NCBI GenBank assembly: GCA_964291495.2
Contig: OZ219871.1
Coordinates: 1,312,001-1,376,000, forward strand
Direction of reading: 5' to 3'
DNA from: Dehalococcoidia bacterium
Lineage (GTDB): Bacteria; Chloroflexota; Dehalococcoidia; UBA2979
Length of the DNA: 64,000 nucleotides
The notes beneath the pieces are model-generated. The model was not told the DNA's origin. It made no database searches and saw only the letters and a program-made list of their open reading frames with translations. Of the stretch, positions 30,983 to 40,210 are shown piece by piece. Numbering within the stretch: the first letter of the stretch is position 1; each line of letters starts with the position of its first letter. A program made the translations under genes and the position numbers.

Positions 30983-31429
30983 ATGTGGCTGAGCAGGAAG
31001 GGCGACTACGGCGTTCGCGCGCTGATTGACCTCGCGCTCCACGACGGCGAGGGGCCGGTCCAGCGCGCGGGCATCGCCGATCGCCAGGAGATCCCGGAGT
31101 CCTACCTCGATCACCTGATGGCGCTGCTGCGCCGCGGCGGCTTCGTGCGCAGCGTGCGAGGCCCGGGCGGCGGCCACCTGCTGACCCGCCGCCCCGAGGA
31201 GATCTGCCTGCTCCACGTGATCGAGAGCCTCGAGGGCTCCGTCGCCCCGATTTCCTGCGTCGAGGATGGTGAGGAGTGCACCTACGACTGCGGTCTCTGC
31301 GCCCAGCGCCCCGTCTGGGAGGAGATCTACCAGGACATGCGCCGCCGCCTCGGCGCGGTCAGCATCGCCGACCTCGCGGAGCGCGCGCGGGCGCAGCAGC
31401 ACGCCCGGGCCGCGCACTACTCGATCTGA
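30983..31429 (+). CDS. Rrf2-family regulator (CymR/IscR-like)
   Basis: KGDYGVRAL, SVRGPGGG, Cys cluster C-x6-C-x3-C-x2-C, C-terminal HYSI. Confidence 0.92.
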   Translation: MWLSRKGDYGVRALIDLALHDGEGPVQRAGIADRQEIPESYLDHLMALLRRGGFVRSVRGPGGGHLLTRRPEEICLLHVIESLEGSVAPISCVEDGEECTYDCGLCAQRPVWEEIYQDMRRRLGAVSIADLAERARAQQHARAAHYSI

Positions 31430-32382
31430 TGACGACGACCACGCACACCACGGAGGGTCGCCGCGCCCAGCCGGCGATCGCCGACTCCGTGCTCGACCTG
31501 ATCGGCGGGACGCCGCTCGTGCGGTTGCACCGCGTCGTACCCGAGGGCTGCGCCGAGATCCTCGGCAAGCTCGAGTCGCGCAACCCGGCCGGTTCGGTCA
31601 AGGACCGGATCGCGCTGAGCATGATCGAGGACGCGGAGCGCGACGGCCTGATCGCGCCGGGCGACACGATCGTCGAGCCGACCTCGGGGAACACCGGCAT
31701 CGGCCTCGCGATGGTCTGCGCGCGCAAGGGCTACGAGCTGATCCTGACGATGCCCGAGGACATGAGCGTCGAGCGGCGGCGCCTGCTCGAGCGCTTCGGA
31801 GCGGAGCTGCGGCTGACCCCGGCGATCGAGGGCATGACGGGCGCGGTCTACGCCGCCCGGCAGTTGTCCGAGGAGCACGGCTACTTTATGCCGCAGCAGT
31901 TCGACAACCTCGCCAACCCGCGCACCCACCGCGAGACCACGGGCCCCGAGATCATCGAGGCCACCGGGGGCGAGCTCGACGCGTTCGTCGCCGGCGTCGG
32001 CACCGGCGGATCGATCACCGGCGTCGGCGAGGTGCTGCGTGAGGCCGGCGTGGGCGTGCGCATCGTCGCCGTCGAGCCGTCGCGGTCGCCCGTGCTGCAG
32101 GGCGGGCGCGCCGGGCTGCACGGCATCCAGGGCATCGGCGCCTCGTTCGTGCCGGGCGTGCTCAACCGCGAGGTCTACGACGAGGTGATCAGCGTCCGCG
32201 ACGAGGACGCCTACACGATGGCGGAGCGGCTCACCCGCGAGGAAGGCCTGCTCGTCGGCATCTCCGCCGGCGGCAACGTCTGGGCCTCGATCGAGATCGG
32301 CAAGCGGCTGGGGCCGGACTGTCGCGTGGTGACGATGTTGTGCGACACCGGGGAGCGCTACCTGAGCGTGGCGCTCTCGTGA
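31429..32382 (+). CDS. cysK: Cysteine synthase A
   Basis: NPAGSVKDR, EPTSGNTG, GVGTGG, HGIQGIGA, DTGERYLS; TGATG coupling. Confidence 0.92.
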   Translation: MTTTTHTTEGRRAQPAIADSVLDLIGGTPLVRLHRVVPEGCAEILGKLESRNPAGSVKDRIALSMIEDAERDGLIAPGDTIVEPTSGNTGIGLAMVCARKGYELILTMPEDMSVERRRLLERFGAELRLTPAIEGMTGAVYAARQLSEEHGYFMPQQFDNLANPRTHRETTGPEIIEATGGELDAFVAGVGTGGSITGVGEVLREAGVGVRIVAVEPSRSPVLQGGRAGLHGIQGIGASFVPGVLNREVYDEVISVRDEDAYTMAERLTREEGLLVGISAGGNVWASIEIGKRLGPDCRVVTMLCDTGERYLSVALS

Positions 32383-32447
32383 GCGGCAAGCGACTGGGAA
32401 CGGATCGAGAGCATATGACAGAGCGGCAGGAAGGACGGCGATCGGAG

Positions 32448-33566
32448 ATGGCGGTCAGCGTCTACATCCCACAGCCATTCCGCAGGTTCACGGCGAACCG
32501 CGAGTACGTCGAGGTGGACGGCGGCGACGTCGCGGGGGTCCTCGACGCGGTGAACGCGCGCTACCCCGGCTTCGACATGCTGGTCTATGACCGCGAGCGC
32601 CGGGTGCCCGCGCACATCAACATCTACGTCAACAACCAGGAGATCCACGACCTCGACGGCATCTCGACGGCCGTCGGCGACGGCGACCAGGTCGCGGTCA
32701 TCCCCGCGCTCGCGGGCGGCGCCGCGCCCAGCACGGCGCTCACCCCGGACGAGGCGATGCGCTACTCGCGGCACATCATCATGCCGCAGGTCGGCTCGAT
32801 CGGGCAGCGCCAGCTGCGCAACGCGAAGGTGCTGATCGTCGGCGCGGGCGGCCTCGGCTCCCCGGTCGCGATCTACCTCGCGCTGGCCGGCGTCGGCACG
32901 ATCGGCCTGGTCGACTTCGACGTGGTCGACCTCTCCAACCTGCAGCGCCAGCTGCTGCACCAGACCGAGGATGTCGGACGCACGAAGCTCGACTCGGCGG
33001 TGGACACGCTGCACGCCTACAACCCGCACGTGCGGGTCGTGACGCACCCTGCGCCGCTGCACTCGGAGAACGCGATGGAGATCATCGGGGACTACGAGAT
33101 CATCGTGAACGGCGCGGACAACTTCGCGACGCGCTACCTGGTGAACGACGCCGCCTACCTGCTGGGCAAGACCCTGGTCGACGGCTCGATCCTGCTCTTC
33201 GACGGGCAGGCCACGGTGTTCAAGCCCGGCGAGGGCTGCTACCGCTGCCTTTACCCCGCGCCGCCGCCTCCCGGCCTCGTGCCATCGTGCGCCGAGGCGG
33301 GCGTGCTCGGCGCGATCACCGGCATCGTCGGCTCGATCCAGGCGACCGAGGTGTTCAAGCAGGTGCTGGACATCGGCCGGCCACTCGTCGGGCGGCTGCT
33401 GCTGATCGACGCCTTGACCATGGAGTTCCGCGAGATGAAGCTGCGGCGCGACCCGGCTTGCCCGCTCTGCGGCGACGAGCCGACCGTGACGGAGCTCATC
33501 GACTACGACGCGTTCTGCGGCTCCCCACCGCTCGAGGCCCCGACGGCCAACGGCGGCGGACACTAG
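32448..33566 (+). CDS. MoaD-like carrier fused to MoeB/ThiF adenylyltransferase
   Basis: Ubl domain ending IPALAGG, short linker, RYSRH, GAGGLG, SNLQRQ, CYRC, PSCAEAG, CPLC; no rhodanese domain. Confidence 0.88.
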   Translation: MAVSVYIPQPFRRFTANREYVEVDGGDVAGVLDAVNARYPGFDMLVYDRERRVPAHINIYVNNQEIHDLDGISTAVGDGDQVAVIPALAGGAAPSTALTPDEAMRYSRHIIMPQVGSIGQRQLRNAKVLIVGAGGLGSPVAIYLALAGVGTIGLVDFDVVDLSNLQRQLLHQTEDVGRTKLDSAVDTLHAYNPHVRVVTHPAPLHSENAMEIIGDYEIIVNGADNFATRYLVNDAAYLLGKTLVDGSILLFDGQATVFKPGEGCYRCLYPAPPPPGLVPSCAEAGVLGAITGIVGSIQATEVFKQVLDIGRPLVGRLLLIDALTMEFREMKLRRDPACPLCGDEPTVTELIDYDAFCGSPPLEAPTANGGGH

Positions 33567-33606
33567 AGGCGCACGGACGTCCTCGGCGACTGGGAGGGAG
33601 CCGGCC

Positions 33607-33882
33607 TTGGAGGTGCGGGTCAACGTGACCTCGGTCATCCAGAAGACCGTCGGCGGGCAGCGCGCGCTGACCGCCGAGGGCGGCACCATCGCGGAGCTGA
33701 TCGACGACATCGAGCGGCGCTATCCGGGCTTCCGCGACCAGCTCGTCGACGAGGGCGGGCAGCTGCACCGCTTCGTCAACGTCTACCTCAACGACGAGGA
33801 TGTGCGCTTCATGGAGGGCGCCGCGACGGTCCTCAGCGAGGGCGACGAGGTGTCGATCCTCCCCGCGCTGGCCGGCGGCTAG
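33607..33882 (+). CDS. MoaD/CysO-type sulfur carrier
   Basis: LHRFVNVYLNDEDVRF...ILPALAGG; TTG start after GGAGGGAG. Confidence 0.9.
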   Translation: MEVRVNVTSVIQKTVGGQRALTAEGGTIAELIDDIERRYPGFRDQLVDEGGQLHRFVNVYLNDEDVRFMEGAATVLSEGDEVSILPALAGG

Positions 33883-33897
33883 CGGCGGAGCAGCATC

Positions 33898-34866
33898 GTG
33901 GGTGAGGCGGCAGCGCGGCAGACCGGGCGGACGCCCGCCGGCAGCGTGCTCGACCGCATCGGCGGCACCCCGCTGGTCGACATCTCCGCGATGTCGCCCA
34001 ACCCGGACGTCAGCATCTACGCCAAGCTCGAGGGCGAGAACCCGACCGGCTCGGTCAAGGATCGCATCGCCTGGTGGATGGTCTCGAGCGCCGAGCGCGA
34101 CGGCCGCCTGGAGCCGGGCCAGACGATCCTCGAGCCGACCTCCGGTAACACTGGGATCTCGCTCGCCATGATCGGCCGCCTCCGCGGGTACCCGGTGAAG
34201 GTGGTCATGCCGGACGCCGTCACGCGCGAGCGCGTCCAGCTGCTCGAGAGCTTCGGCGCGGAGATCCTCTACTCGCCGGGCGACCTTGGCACCAACGGCT
34301 CGGTGCGCGAGGCGGAGCGCATCCACACCGAGCATCCCGAGTGGTTCATGCCCTTCCAGTACGAGAACGAGGACAACCCGCGCGCCCACTACGACAGCAC
34401 CGCCCCCGAGATCATCGAGGATTTGCCGGACACCGACGTCTTCGTCGCCGGCCTCGGCACGGGCGGCACGCTGACCGGCGTCGGCCGGCGGCTCAAGGAG
34501 CACAACCCGGCCGTGCGTATCGTCGCCGCCGCCCCGCACCCGGGCGACCTCGTGCAGGGCCTGCGCAGCCTCGAGGAGGGCTACATCCCGCCCGTCCTCG
34601 ACGAGTCCGTGCTCGACGGCCGGATCGTCGTTGACTCGGCGACCTCGTTCCGGCTGACGCGGGAGCTGACGGAGCGCACCGGCATCTTCGCGGGCGTCTC
34701 CAGCGGTGCGGCGGTGCGCGCCGCACAGCGCGCGGCGGAGCGGATGGCCGGTGGGAAGGTGGTCTGCCTGCTGGCGGACAGCGGCTGGAAGTACCTCTCC
34801 TCGGGCCTCTGGACGCAGGACTACGACGAGATCGAGGAGGACGTAAGCACGACGCTCTGGTGGTAG
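33898..34866 (+). CDS. cysM: CysO-dependent cysteine synthase (mycobacterial CysM-type)
   Basis: NPTGSVKDR, EPTSGNTG, ADSGWKYLSSG, C-terminal LWW; directly after carrier gene. Confidence 0.8.
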   Translation: MGEAAARQTGRTPAGSVLDRIGGTPLVDISAMSPNPDVSIYAKLEGENPTGSVKDRIAWWMVSSAERDGRLEPGQTILEPTSGNTGISLAMIGRLRGYPVKVVMPDAVTRERVQLLESFGAEILYSPGDLGTNGSVREAERIHTEHPEWFMPFQYENEDNPRAHYDSTAPEIIEDLPDTDVFVAGLGTGGTLTGVGRRLKEHNPAVRIVAAAPHPGDLVQGLRSLEEGYIPPVLDESVLDGRIVVDSATSFRLTRELTERTGIFAGVSSGAAVRAAQRAAERMAGGKVVCLLADSGWKYLSSGLWTQDYDEIEEDVSTTLWW

Positions 34867-34915
34867 CCGGAGCGTGAACGACCGGCGGCAGGGCCGCCGG
34901 GAAGGGGGAAGCAGG

Positions 34916-35740
34916 ATGGCTGACAAGCTTGTCACCGCGGACTGGGTCGCCGAACACGGCGGCGATGCGAACGTGCGCCTCGTCGAGGTGGACGTCGACA
35001 CCGGCGCCTACGACGAGGGCCACATCGCCGGCGCCGTCGGCTGGAACTGGGCCACGCAGCTGCAGGACCAGGTGCGCCGCGACGTGATCGCGAAGGACGA
35101 CCTCGAGGAGCTCCTCGGCGCGTCCGGGATCGGCAACGACACGCACGTGGTGCTCTACGGCGACAACAACAACTGGTTCGCGGCCTACGCGCTGTGGCTG
35201 CTCGAGCTCCACGGCCACGAGCAGGTCTCGCTGATGGACGGCGGGCGCGTGAAGTGGATCGCCGACGGGCGTGAGATCACGACCGACGCGCCCTCGATCG
35301 GCCGCGCGAGCTACTCGGCGTCGGAGCAAGACGCGGGCCTGCGCGCGCAGCGCGACGAGGTGCTCGCGGCAGTCGCGGCGCAGGCGCCGCAGCTGGTGGA
35401 CGTGCGCAGCCCGGCCGAGTTCGTCGGCGAGATCATCGCGCCGCCCGGCCTGCCGGAGACGGCGCAGCGCGGCGGGCACATCCCGGGCGCGATCAACGTT
35501 CCCTGGGCGCGCGCCGTCAACGAGGACGGCACCTTCCGCAGCGCCGACGAGCTGCGCGAGATCTACGGCGGCGCCGGCGTCAGCGCGGGCGATCCGGCGA
35601 TCGCCTACTGCCGCATCGGCGAGCGCTCCTCGCACACCTGGTTCGTGCTCAAGTACCTGCTCGGCCACGAGGACGTGAAGAACTACGACGGCTCGTGGAC
35701 CGAGTACGGCTCGCTCATCGGCGTGCCGATCGAGACCTAG
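34916..35740 (+). CDS. Two-domain rhodanese sulfurtransferase (CysA-like)
   Basis: GHIAGA, YGDNNNWFAA, YCRIGERSS, NYDGSWTEYG; ATG 34916. Confidence 0.92.
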   Translation: MADKLVTADWVAEHGGDANVRLVEVDVDTGAYDEGHIAGAVGWNWATQLQDQVRRDVIAKDDLEELLGASGIGNDTHVVLYGDNNNWFAAYALWLLELHGHEQVSLMDGGRVKWIADGREITTDAPSIGRASYSASEQDAGLRAQRDEVLAAVAAQAPQLVDVRSPAEFVGEIIAPPGLPETAQRGGHIPGAINVPWARAVNEDGTFRSADELREIYGGAGVSAGDPAIAYCRIGERSSHTWFVLKYLLGHEDVKNYDGSWTEYGSLIGVPIET

Positions 35741-35765
35741 CCCGGAGCCGGTGGCGGCGGGCGCG

Positions 35766-36149
35766 ATGGCGGGAGGCAGCGAGGGCGGGCGCGGATCGCA
35801 GCGCGCGATCGTCGAGCGAGCGATCGCGCGCGGCGAGTACGGGCTGCTGACGCTGCGCTTCCGCACCTCCGTCCTCGACCGCTACCGCGAACGGGCGGAC
35901 GCGCGGATGATCCGCACGCGCACGGTCGGCCGCATCGCGATCGTGCGCGGCTGGTCGATCGACGCGGGGATCGCGCCCGGCGAGGAGGAGATCGAGGTGT
36001 TCGCGTCGGACTTCGCCGAGCGTGTCCCCGAGGCTGAGCGCGCGCACTGGCTCGACCACCTCGCGGTGCAGCCGTCGAGCGCGAACTTCGCGCTGATGCG
36101 GCTCAGCGGGAACGCCTGCATCGACGACGGCGAGCCGGAGGCCTGGTAG
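35766..36149 (+). CDS. Hypothetical protein with C-terminal CIDDG motif
   Basis: Tightly packed between rhodanese and JAMM genes; start 35751 or 35766. Confidence 0.65.
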   Translation: MAGGSEGGRGSQRAIVERAIARGEYGLLTLRFRTSVLDRYRERADARMIRTRTVGRIAIVRGWSIDAGIAPGEEEIEVFASDFAERVPEAERAHWLDHLAVQPSSANFALMRLSGNACIDDGEPEAW

Positions 36150-36151
36150 CG

Positions 36152-36583
36152 GTGCCGCGGATTCCTCGAGCCATCGCCGACGCGATCATCGCGCACGCCC
36201 GAGAGGATCTGCCGAACGAGGCGTGCGGCCTGGTGCACGCGAAGGACGGCGAGCCGATCTCGGTGCACCGCGTCACCAACGTCGCCGCCAGCCCCTACCG
36301 CTTCGAGATGCACGGCATGGAGCAGATGCGGCTGGAGCAGCAGCGCGACGAGCGAGGCGAGACGCTGTTCGCGATCTACCACTCGCACGTCGCCTCCCCC
36401 GCCTACCCCTCGCAGACCGACGTGCGGATGGCGTTCTTCCCGCCCGGAGAGACGGACCGCGATCCGGCCTACCCGGGAACCTTCTACCTGCTCGTCTCGC
36501 TCGCCGAGGATCCGCCGCCGCTGCACACCTACTACATTCACAAGGGCGGCGTGATCGAGGAGATCCCCGCCGAGATCGTCTGA
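36152..36583 (+). CDS. M67/JAMM (Mec-type) metallopeptidase
   Basis: PNEACG, YHSH...AYPSQTD. Confidence 0.9.
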   Translation: MPRIPRAIADAIIAHAREDLPNEACGLVHAKDGEPISVHRVTNVAASPYRFEMHGMEQMRLEQQRDERGETLFAIYHSHVASPAYPSQTDVRMAFFPPGETDRDPAYPGTFYLLVSLAEDPPPLHTYYIHKGGVIEEIPAEIV

Positions 36584-36601
36584 CCGTCCGGAGCGTCCTC
36601 G

Positions 36602-37474
36602 ATGCCGCCCGAACCATCCGCCTCGCCGCCCCCGCCGATCACGATCGGCGGACGCTGCTTCGAGTGGGGACGGCGCAGCTACGTGATGGGCATCGTCAAC
36701 GCCACGCCCGACTCCTTCTCCGGCGACGGCGTCCTCGACCCCGCCGCCGCCGCCGGCCAGGCCGCGCGCATGGTCGGGGACGGCGCGGACCTGATCGACG
36801 TCGGCGCGGAGTCCACGCGGCCCGACCACGAGCCCCTCGACGCTGCCGGGGAGTGGGCGCGCCTCGCGCCCGTGCTGCGCGCCGTGCGCGAGGCAGTCGA
36901 GGCGCCGATCAGCGTCGACACCTCGAAGGCGCACGTCGCCGAGCGCGCCTTCGACGCAGGCGCGGACGCACTCAACGACGTGCACGGCCTGCGCGCCGAC
37001 CCCGCGCTCGCGCCGCTGCTCGCCGCGCGCGGGCTGCCCGCCGTGCTGATGCACAACCAGCGCGGCCGCCCCGCCTCCGGCGACGTGATCGCCGACGTGC
37101 GCGCGGGCCTCGAGGAGTCGCTCGCGATCGCCGAGGCGGCGGGCGTGCGGCGCGAGCTGCTGATCCTCGATCCCGGCTTCGGGTTCGGGATCGGGCCGGC
37201 GCAGAGCCTCGAGCTCGTGCGCCGGCTCGGCGAGCTGCGCTGCTTCGGGCGGCCGCTGCTGCTGGGTAGCTCGCGCAAGTCCGCGATCGGCTGGGCGCTC
37301 GGGCGCGAGCAGGAGCCGGCCGCCTCGCGCGTCGCCGGGAGCGCCGCAACGGTGGCGCTCGCCATCGCCGCCGGGGCCGACATCGTGCGCGTCCACGACG
37401 TGCGCGAGATGGCGGACGTCGCGAGGGTCACGGACGCGGTCCTGCACGGGCGTCGCCGCGAGGAGCCGGCGTGA
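36602..37474 (+). CDS. folP: Dihydropteroate synthase
   Basis: [37 protein letters not shown]. Confidence 0.93.
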   Translation: MPPEPSASPPPPITIGGRCFEWGRRSYVMGIVNATPDSFSGDGVLDPAAAAGQAARMVGDGADLIDVGAESTRPDHEPLDAAGEWARLAPVLRAVREAVEAPISVDTSKAHVAERAFDAGADALNDVHGLRADPALAPLLAARGLPAVLMHNQRGRPASGDVIADVRAGLEESLAIAEAAGVRRELLILDPGFGFGIGPAQSLELVRRLGELRCFGRPLLLGSSRKSAIGWALGREQEPAASRVAGSAATVALAIAAGADIVRVHDVREMADVARVTDAVLHGRRREEPA

Positions 37475-38001
37475 CGGCGGGCGCCGTGCTGCGCGTCTAC
37501 CTGGGCATCGGCGGCAACCTCGGCGACCGCGTCGCCGCGCTGCGCACGGGCCTCGAGCGGCTTGCCGAGGCGGGCGTGACCATCGAGGCGGTCTCATCGC
37601 TCTGGGAGACGGAGCCGTGGGGTGGACCGGCCTGCGCCGAGCCCGCGCCGGCCTACGCGAACGCCGCCGCCTGCGTGCGCAGCACGCTCGAACCCCTTGA
37701 GCTGCTGCGCCTCTGCAAGCGCATCGAGGTCGCCGCGGGGCGCGATCTGGACGCGCCGCGCAACAGCCCGCGCCCGCTCGATCTCGACCTGCTGCTCGCC
37801 GGCGACCTGCGCATCGAGAGCGAGGAGCTGCGGATCCCGCACCCGCGCATGCACCAGCGCGGCTTCGTGCTCGTTCCCCTCGCCGAGATCGCACCGGACG
37901 TCGTGCACCCGCTGCTCGGGCGCTCGATCGCCGAGCTGCGCGACGCGGTGGGCCTCGAGGGCGTCGAGCCGCTCTCGCCGGCGGGCTGGGAGTCCGGCTA
38001 G
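37471..38001 (+). CDS. folK: 6-hydroxymethyl-dihydropterin pyrophosphokinase
   Basis: [32 protein letters not shown]. Confidence 0.92.
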   Translation: MTAGAVLRVYLGIGGNLGDRVAALRTGLERLAEAGVTIEAVSSLWETEPWGGPACAEPAPAYANAAACVRSTLEPLELLRLCKRIEVAAGRDLDAPRNSPRPLDLDLLLAGDLRIESEELRIPHPRMHQRGFVLVPLAEIAPDVVHPLLGRSIAELRDAVGLEGVEPLSPAGWESG

Positions 38002-38741
38002 CCCTCCAGCAGCCGCTCGCGCAGGCGCGCGATCAGCGGCTCGTCGACGCCTCCGAGGGCTAGCAATGCCTCGGTCGAGCCGTAGCGCGCGTCGATCCCG
38101 CTGAGCAGCGAGCGCATCGTCTCGGGCGCGGCGTCGAGCATCTCGCGCGTGAGATCGGTACCCCACGTCTTGCCGCGCTCCGCGATCTGCTCGTCGCTGA
38201 GGTCGCGCCACATCGTCAGGTACTCGCGGGTCAGCGCGTAGTCCGCGACGATCGTCTCGTCCGGCACGCCGAGGGCGCGCAGCAGCAGCGCCGCCGTCAC
38301 GCCCGTGCGGTCCTTGCCGCCCTCGCAGTTGAAGGCCACGGTCCGGCTCGTGTCGGCCTCGGCGATCGCGGCGAAGACCTTGCCGATCGCCGTCACGGCG
38401 TCCTCGACGCCTTGCAGGTAGTCGAGGCCGGGCCCGTTGCGGGCGCGCATCGTGACCCGCCCGTAGGGCTGGTGGCGGTGCTCCACGCCGTGCTCGTGCA
38501 GCGCGGAGATTCCGCTCCTCTCCAACTCCTCGTTGGTGCGCAGGTCGATCACGAGCGCGAGGTCGAGGTCGAGCAGGCGCTGTACGTCGGCCGGTGTTGC
38601 CTGCGAGAGCGTGCTGGAGCGGTACACAGTGCGCCAGCGCACGCGTGCGCCCTCGCTGGTCTCGTACCCGCCGAGGTCCCGGAAGTTCGTCACGCGCTCG
38701 AACGGGAGGCGACGCTCGAGGGCCTCCGCTGGGCCCGTCAT
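37998..38741 (-). CDS. Tyrosine/lipid phosphatase (PtpB-like family)
   Basis: [21 protein letters not shown] (CX5R), DYALT; ATG 38741. Confidence 0.85.
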   Translation of the reverse strand: MTGPAEALERRLPFERVTNFRDLGGYETSEGARVRWRTVYRSSTLSQATPADVQRLLDLDLALVIDLRTNEELERSGISALHEHGVEHRHQPYGRVTMRARNGPGLDYLQGVEDAVTAIGKVFAAIAEADTSRTVAFNCEGGKDRTGVTAALLLRALGVPDETIVADYALTREYLTMWRDLSDEQIAERGKTWGTDLTREMLDAAPETMRSLLSGIDARYGSTEALLALGGVDEPLIARLRERLLEG

Positions 38742-38968
38742 GGGTTGCCGCCGGACGGGGGCTCGTCCTCGTCGTCCCACCGGGCGTACGCCATCGTGTA
38801 GCCGATCCAGAAGGCGAGGGCGGAGAGCACGGCAACGCCGGCGCCGACGGGCAGCGCGAGCGCGGCGTAGGAGCGCCGCGCGGCCGCGCCGAGGAAGACG
38901 AACAGCTGCAGGAACGCGCCGGCCATCAGCAGCAGGCCGAGCCGCCGCGAGCGGTCGGCGTCGCTCAC
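38738..38968 (-). CDS. Small two-helix membrane protein
   Basis: Two hydrophobic segments; 4-bp overlaps with both neighbours. Confidence 0.6.
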   Translation of the reverse strand: MSDADRSRRLGLLLMAGAFLQLFVFLGAAARRSYAALALPVGAGVAVLSALAFWIGYTMAYARWDDEDEPPSGGNP

Positions 38969-39171
38969 GGGGACGCCTCGGCGAGCTCCGGCGGCAGCAG
39001 ATTGGGGATGCCGTCCTCGATGCGGTAGCGGTGGTCGCAGGCCGCGCAGTGCAGCTCGCCGCGCACGATCTCCTCGCGACCGTGCGCGTCGCTCTCCGCC
39101 TGCTCGACGGTCAGCGTCAGCTCACCCTTGCAGACGGGGCAGGCGAGGATCTCCAGCAGCTCGTGGCGCAT
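38965..39171 (-). CDS. Trm112/YcaR-family protein
   Basis: LLEILACPVCKG...LHCAAC...YRIEDGIPNLL. Confidence 0.88.
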   Translation of the reverse strand: MRHELLEILACPVCKGELTLTVEQAESDAHGREEIVRGELHCAACDHRYRIEDGIPNLLPPELAEASP

Positions 39172-39284
39172 CGGGCCTCCCTGCGCGCCTCGGCGCGGCG
39201 GCGCTCAATGATAGGTGCTGCCGACCGTGGATGCTTGCTGGTCCGAGTCCGCGCAGCCGGTACCATGCAACGGGGACCGCAACT

Positions 39285-40079
39285 ATGGACAGGCGACTAG
39301 CGGCGAATCGCAAGAACTGGGATGAGCGCACACCCGCCCACGCGGCCTCGGACCATTACGACGTGCAGGGCTTCAAGCAGGGCCGGATCACCCTCACCGA
39401 CATCGAGCGGCACGAGGTCGGCGACGTATCCGGCAAGACGCTGCTTCACCTGCAGTGTCACTTCGGCCTGGACACGATGTCGTGGTCCCGGCTGGGGGCG
39501 AAGGCGACGGGGGTGGACTTCTCGGAGACCGCAATCGGCCTGGCCCGCGCGCTCAACGAGGAGTTGGAGCTGGGCGTTCGATTCATCAGTTCCAACATCT
39601 ACGACCTGCCAGACGTCCTCGACGAGCAGTTCGACATCGTGTTCACCTCATACGGCGTCCTGAGCTGGCTGCCTGATATCGGCGGGTGGGCCGAGGTCGC
39701 AAGCAACCACCTCAAACCAGCGGGCGTGTTCTACATCGTGGAGTTCCACCCGTTCGCGGCGGTGTTCGAGGCGTCCGAGGCGGGTGACATGGCGCCGCTG
39801 CACGGCTACTTTCACCACGAGCTGTTCTCCGAGGGCGGCGAGCCAGGCTACGCGGGCACGGAGCTACTGAAGACCCCGACCTACGAGTGGCAGCACAGCA
39901 TGAGCGACATCGTCTGCGCGCTGATCGACGCGGGCTTGCGCATCGAGTTCCTGCACGAGTTCCCCTTCACCCCCTACCAGGCCCATCCCGTGATGGAGCG
40001 GGGAGACGACGGCTGGTGGCGGCTTCCGAGGCACAACGAGAGCTTCCCGCAGCTGTTCTCAATCAGGGCGACCAGGTGA
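39285..40079 (+). CDS. Class I SAM-dependent methyltransferase
   Basis: LLHLQCHFGLDT, GVDFS, FDIVFTSYG, EFHP; ATG 39285. Confidence 0.88.
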   Translation: MDRRLAANRKNWDERTPAHAASDHYDVQGFKQGRITLTDIERHEVGDVSGKTLLHLQCHFGLDTMSWSRLGAKATGVDFSETAIGLARALNEELELGVRFISSNIYDLPDVLDEQFDIVFTSYGVLSWLPDIGGWAEVASNHLKPAGVFYIVEFHPFAAVFEASEAGDMAPLHGYFHHELFSEGGEPGYAGTELLKTPTYEWQHSMSDIVCALIDAGLRIEFLHEFPFTPYQAHPVMERGDDGWWRLPRHNESFPQLFSIRATR

Positions 40080-40210
40080 GTGGCGCGAGATCCGATTGCC
40101 GGAGACGGCCCCGCAAGGCACGTGCTGCCGTCCAGGCGCGCTCGCTGGTCGCCGCCCCCCGCCCTCACTAGACTCGAACACCCGAGGGCGCGACGGACGG
40201 GGCTGGCGCG

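Noticed and set aside
32448-36583. Ubl/E1/JAMM genes as an anti-phage ubiquitin-like conjugation system
   Set aside because: No E2-like gene recognised; the cysteine synthase and rhodanese context indicates sulfur transfer.
38305-38340. Phosphatase P-loop NCEGGKDR lacking the usual His
   Set aside because: Catalytic CX5R is intact, so there is no evidence of inactivation.
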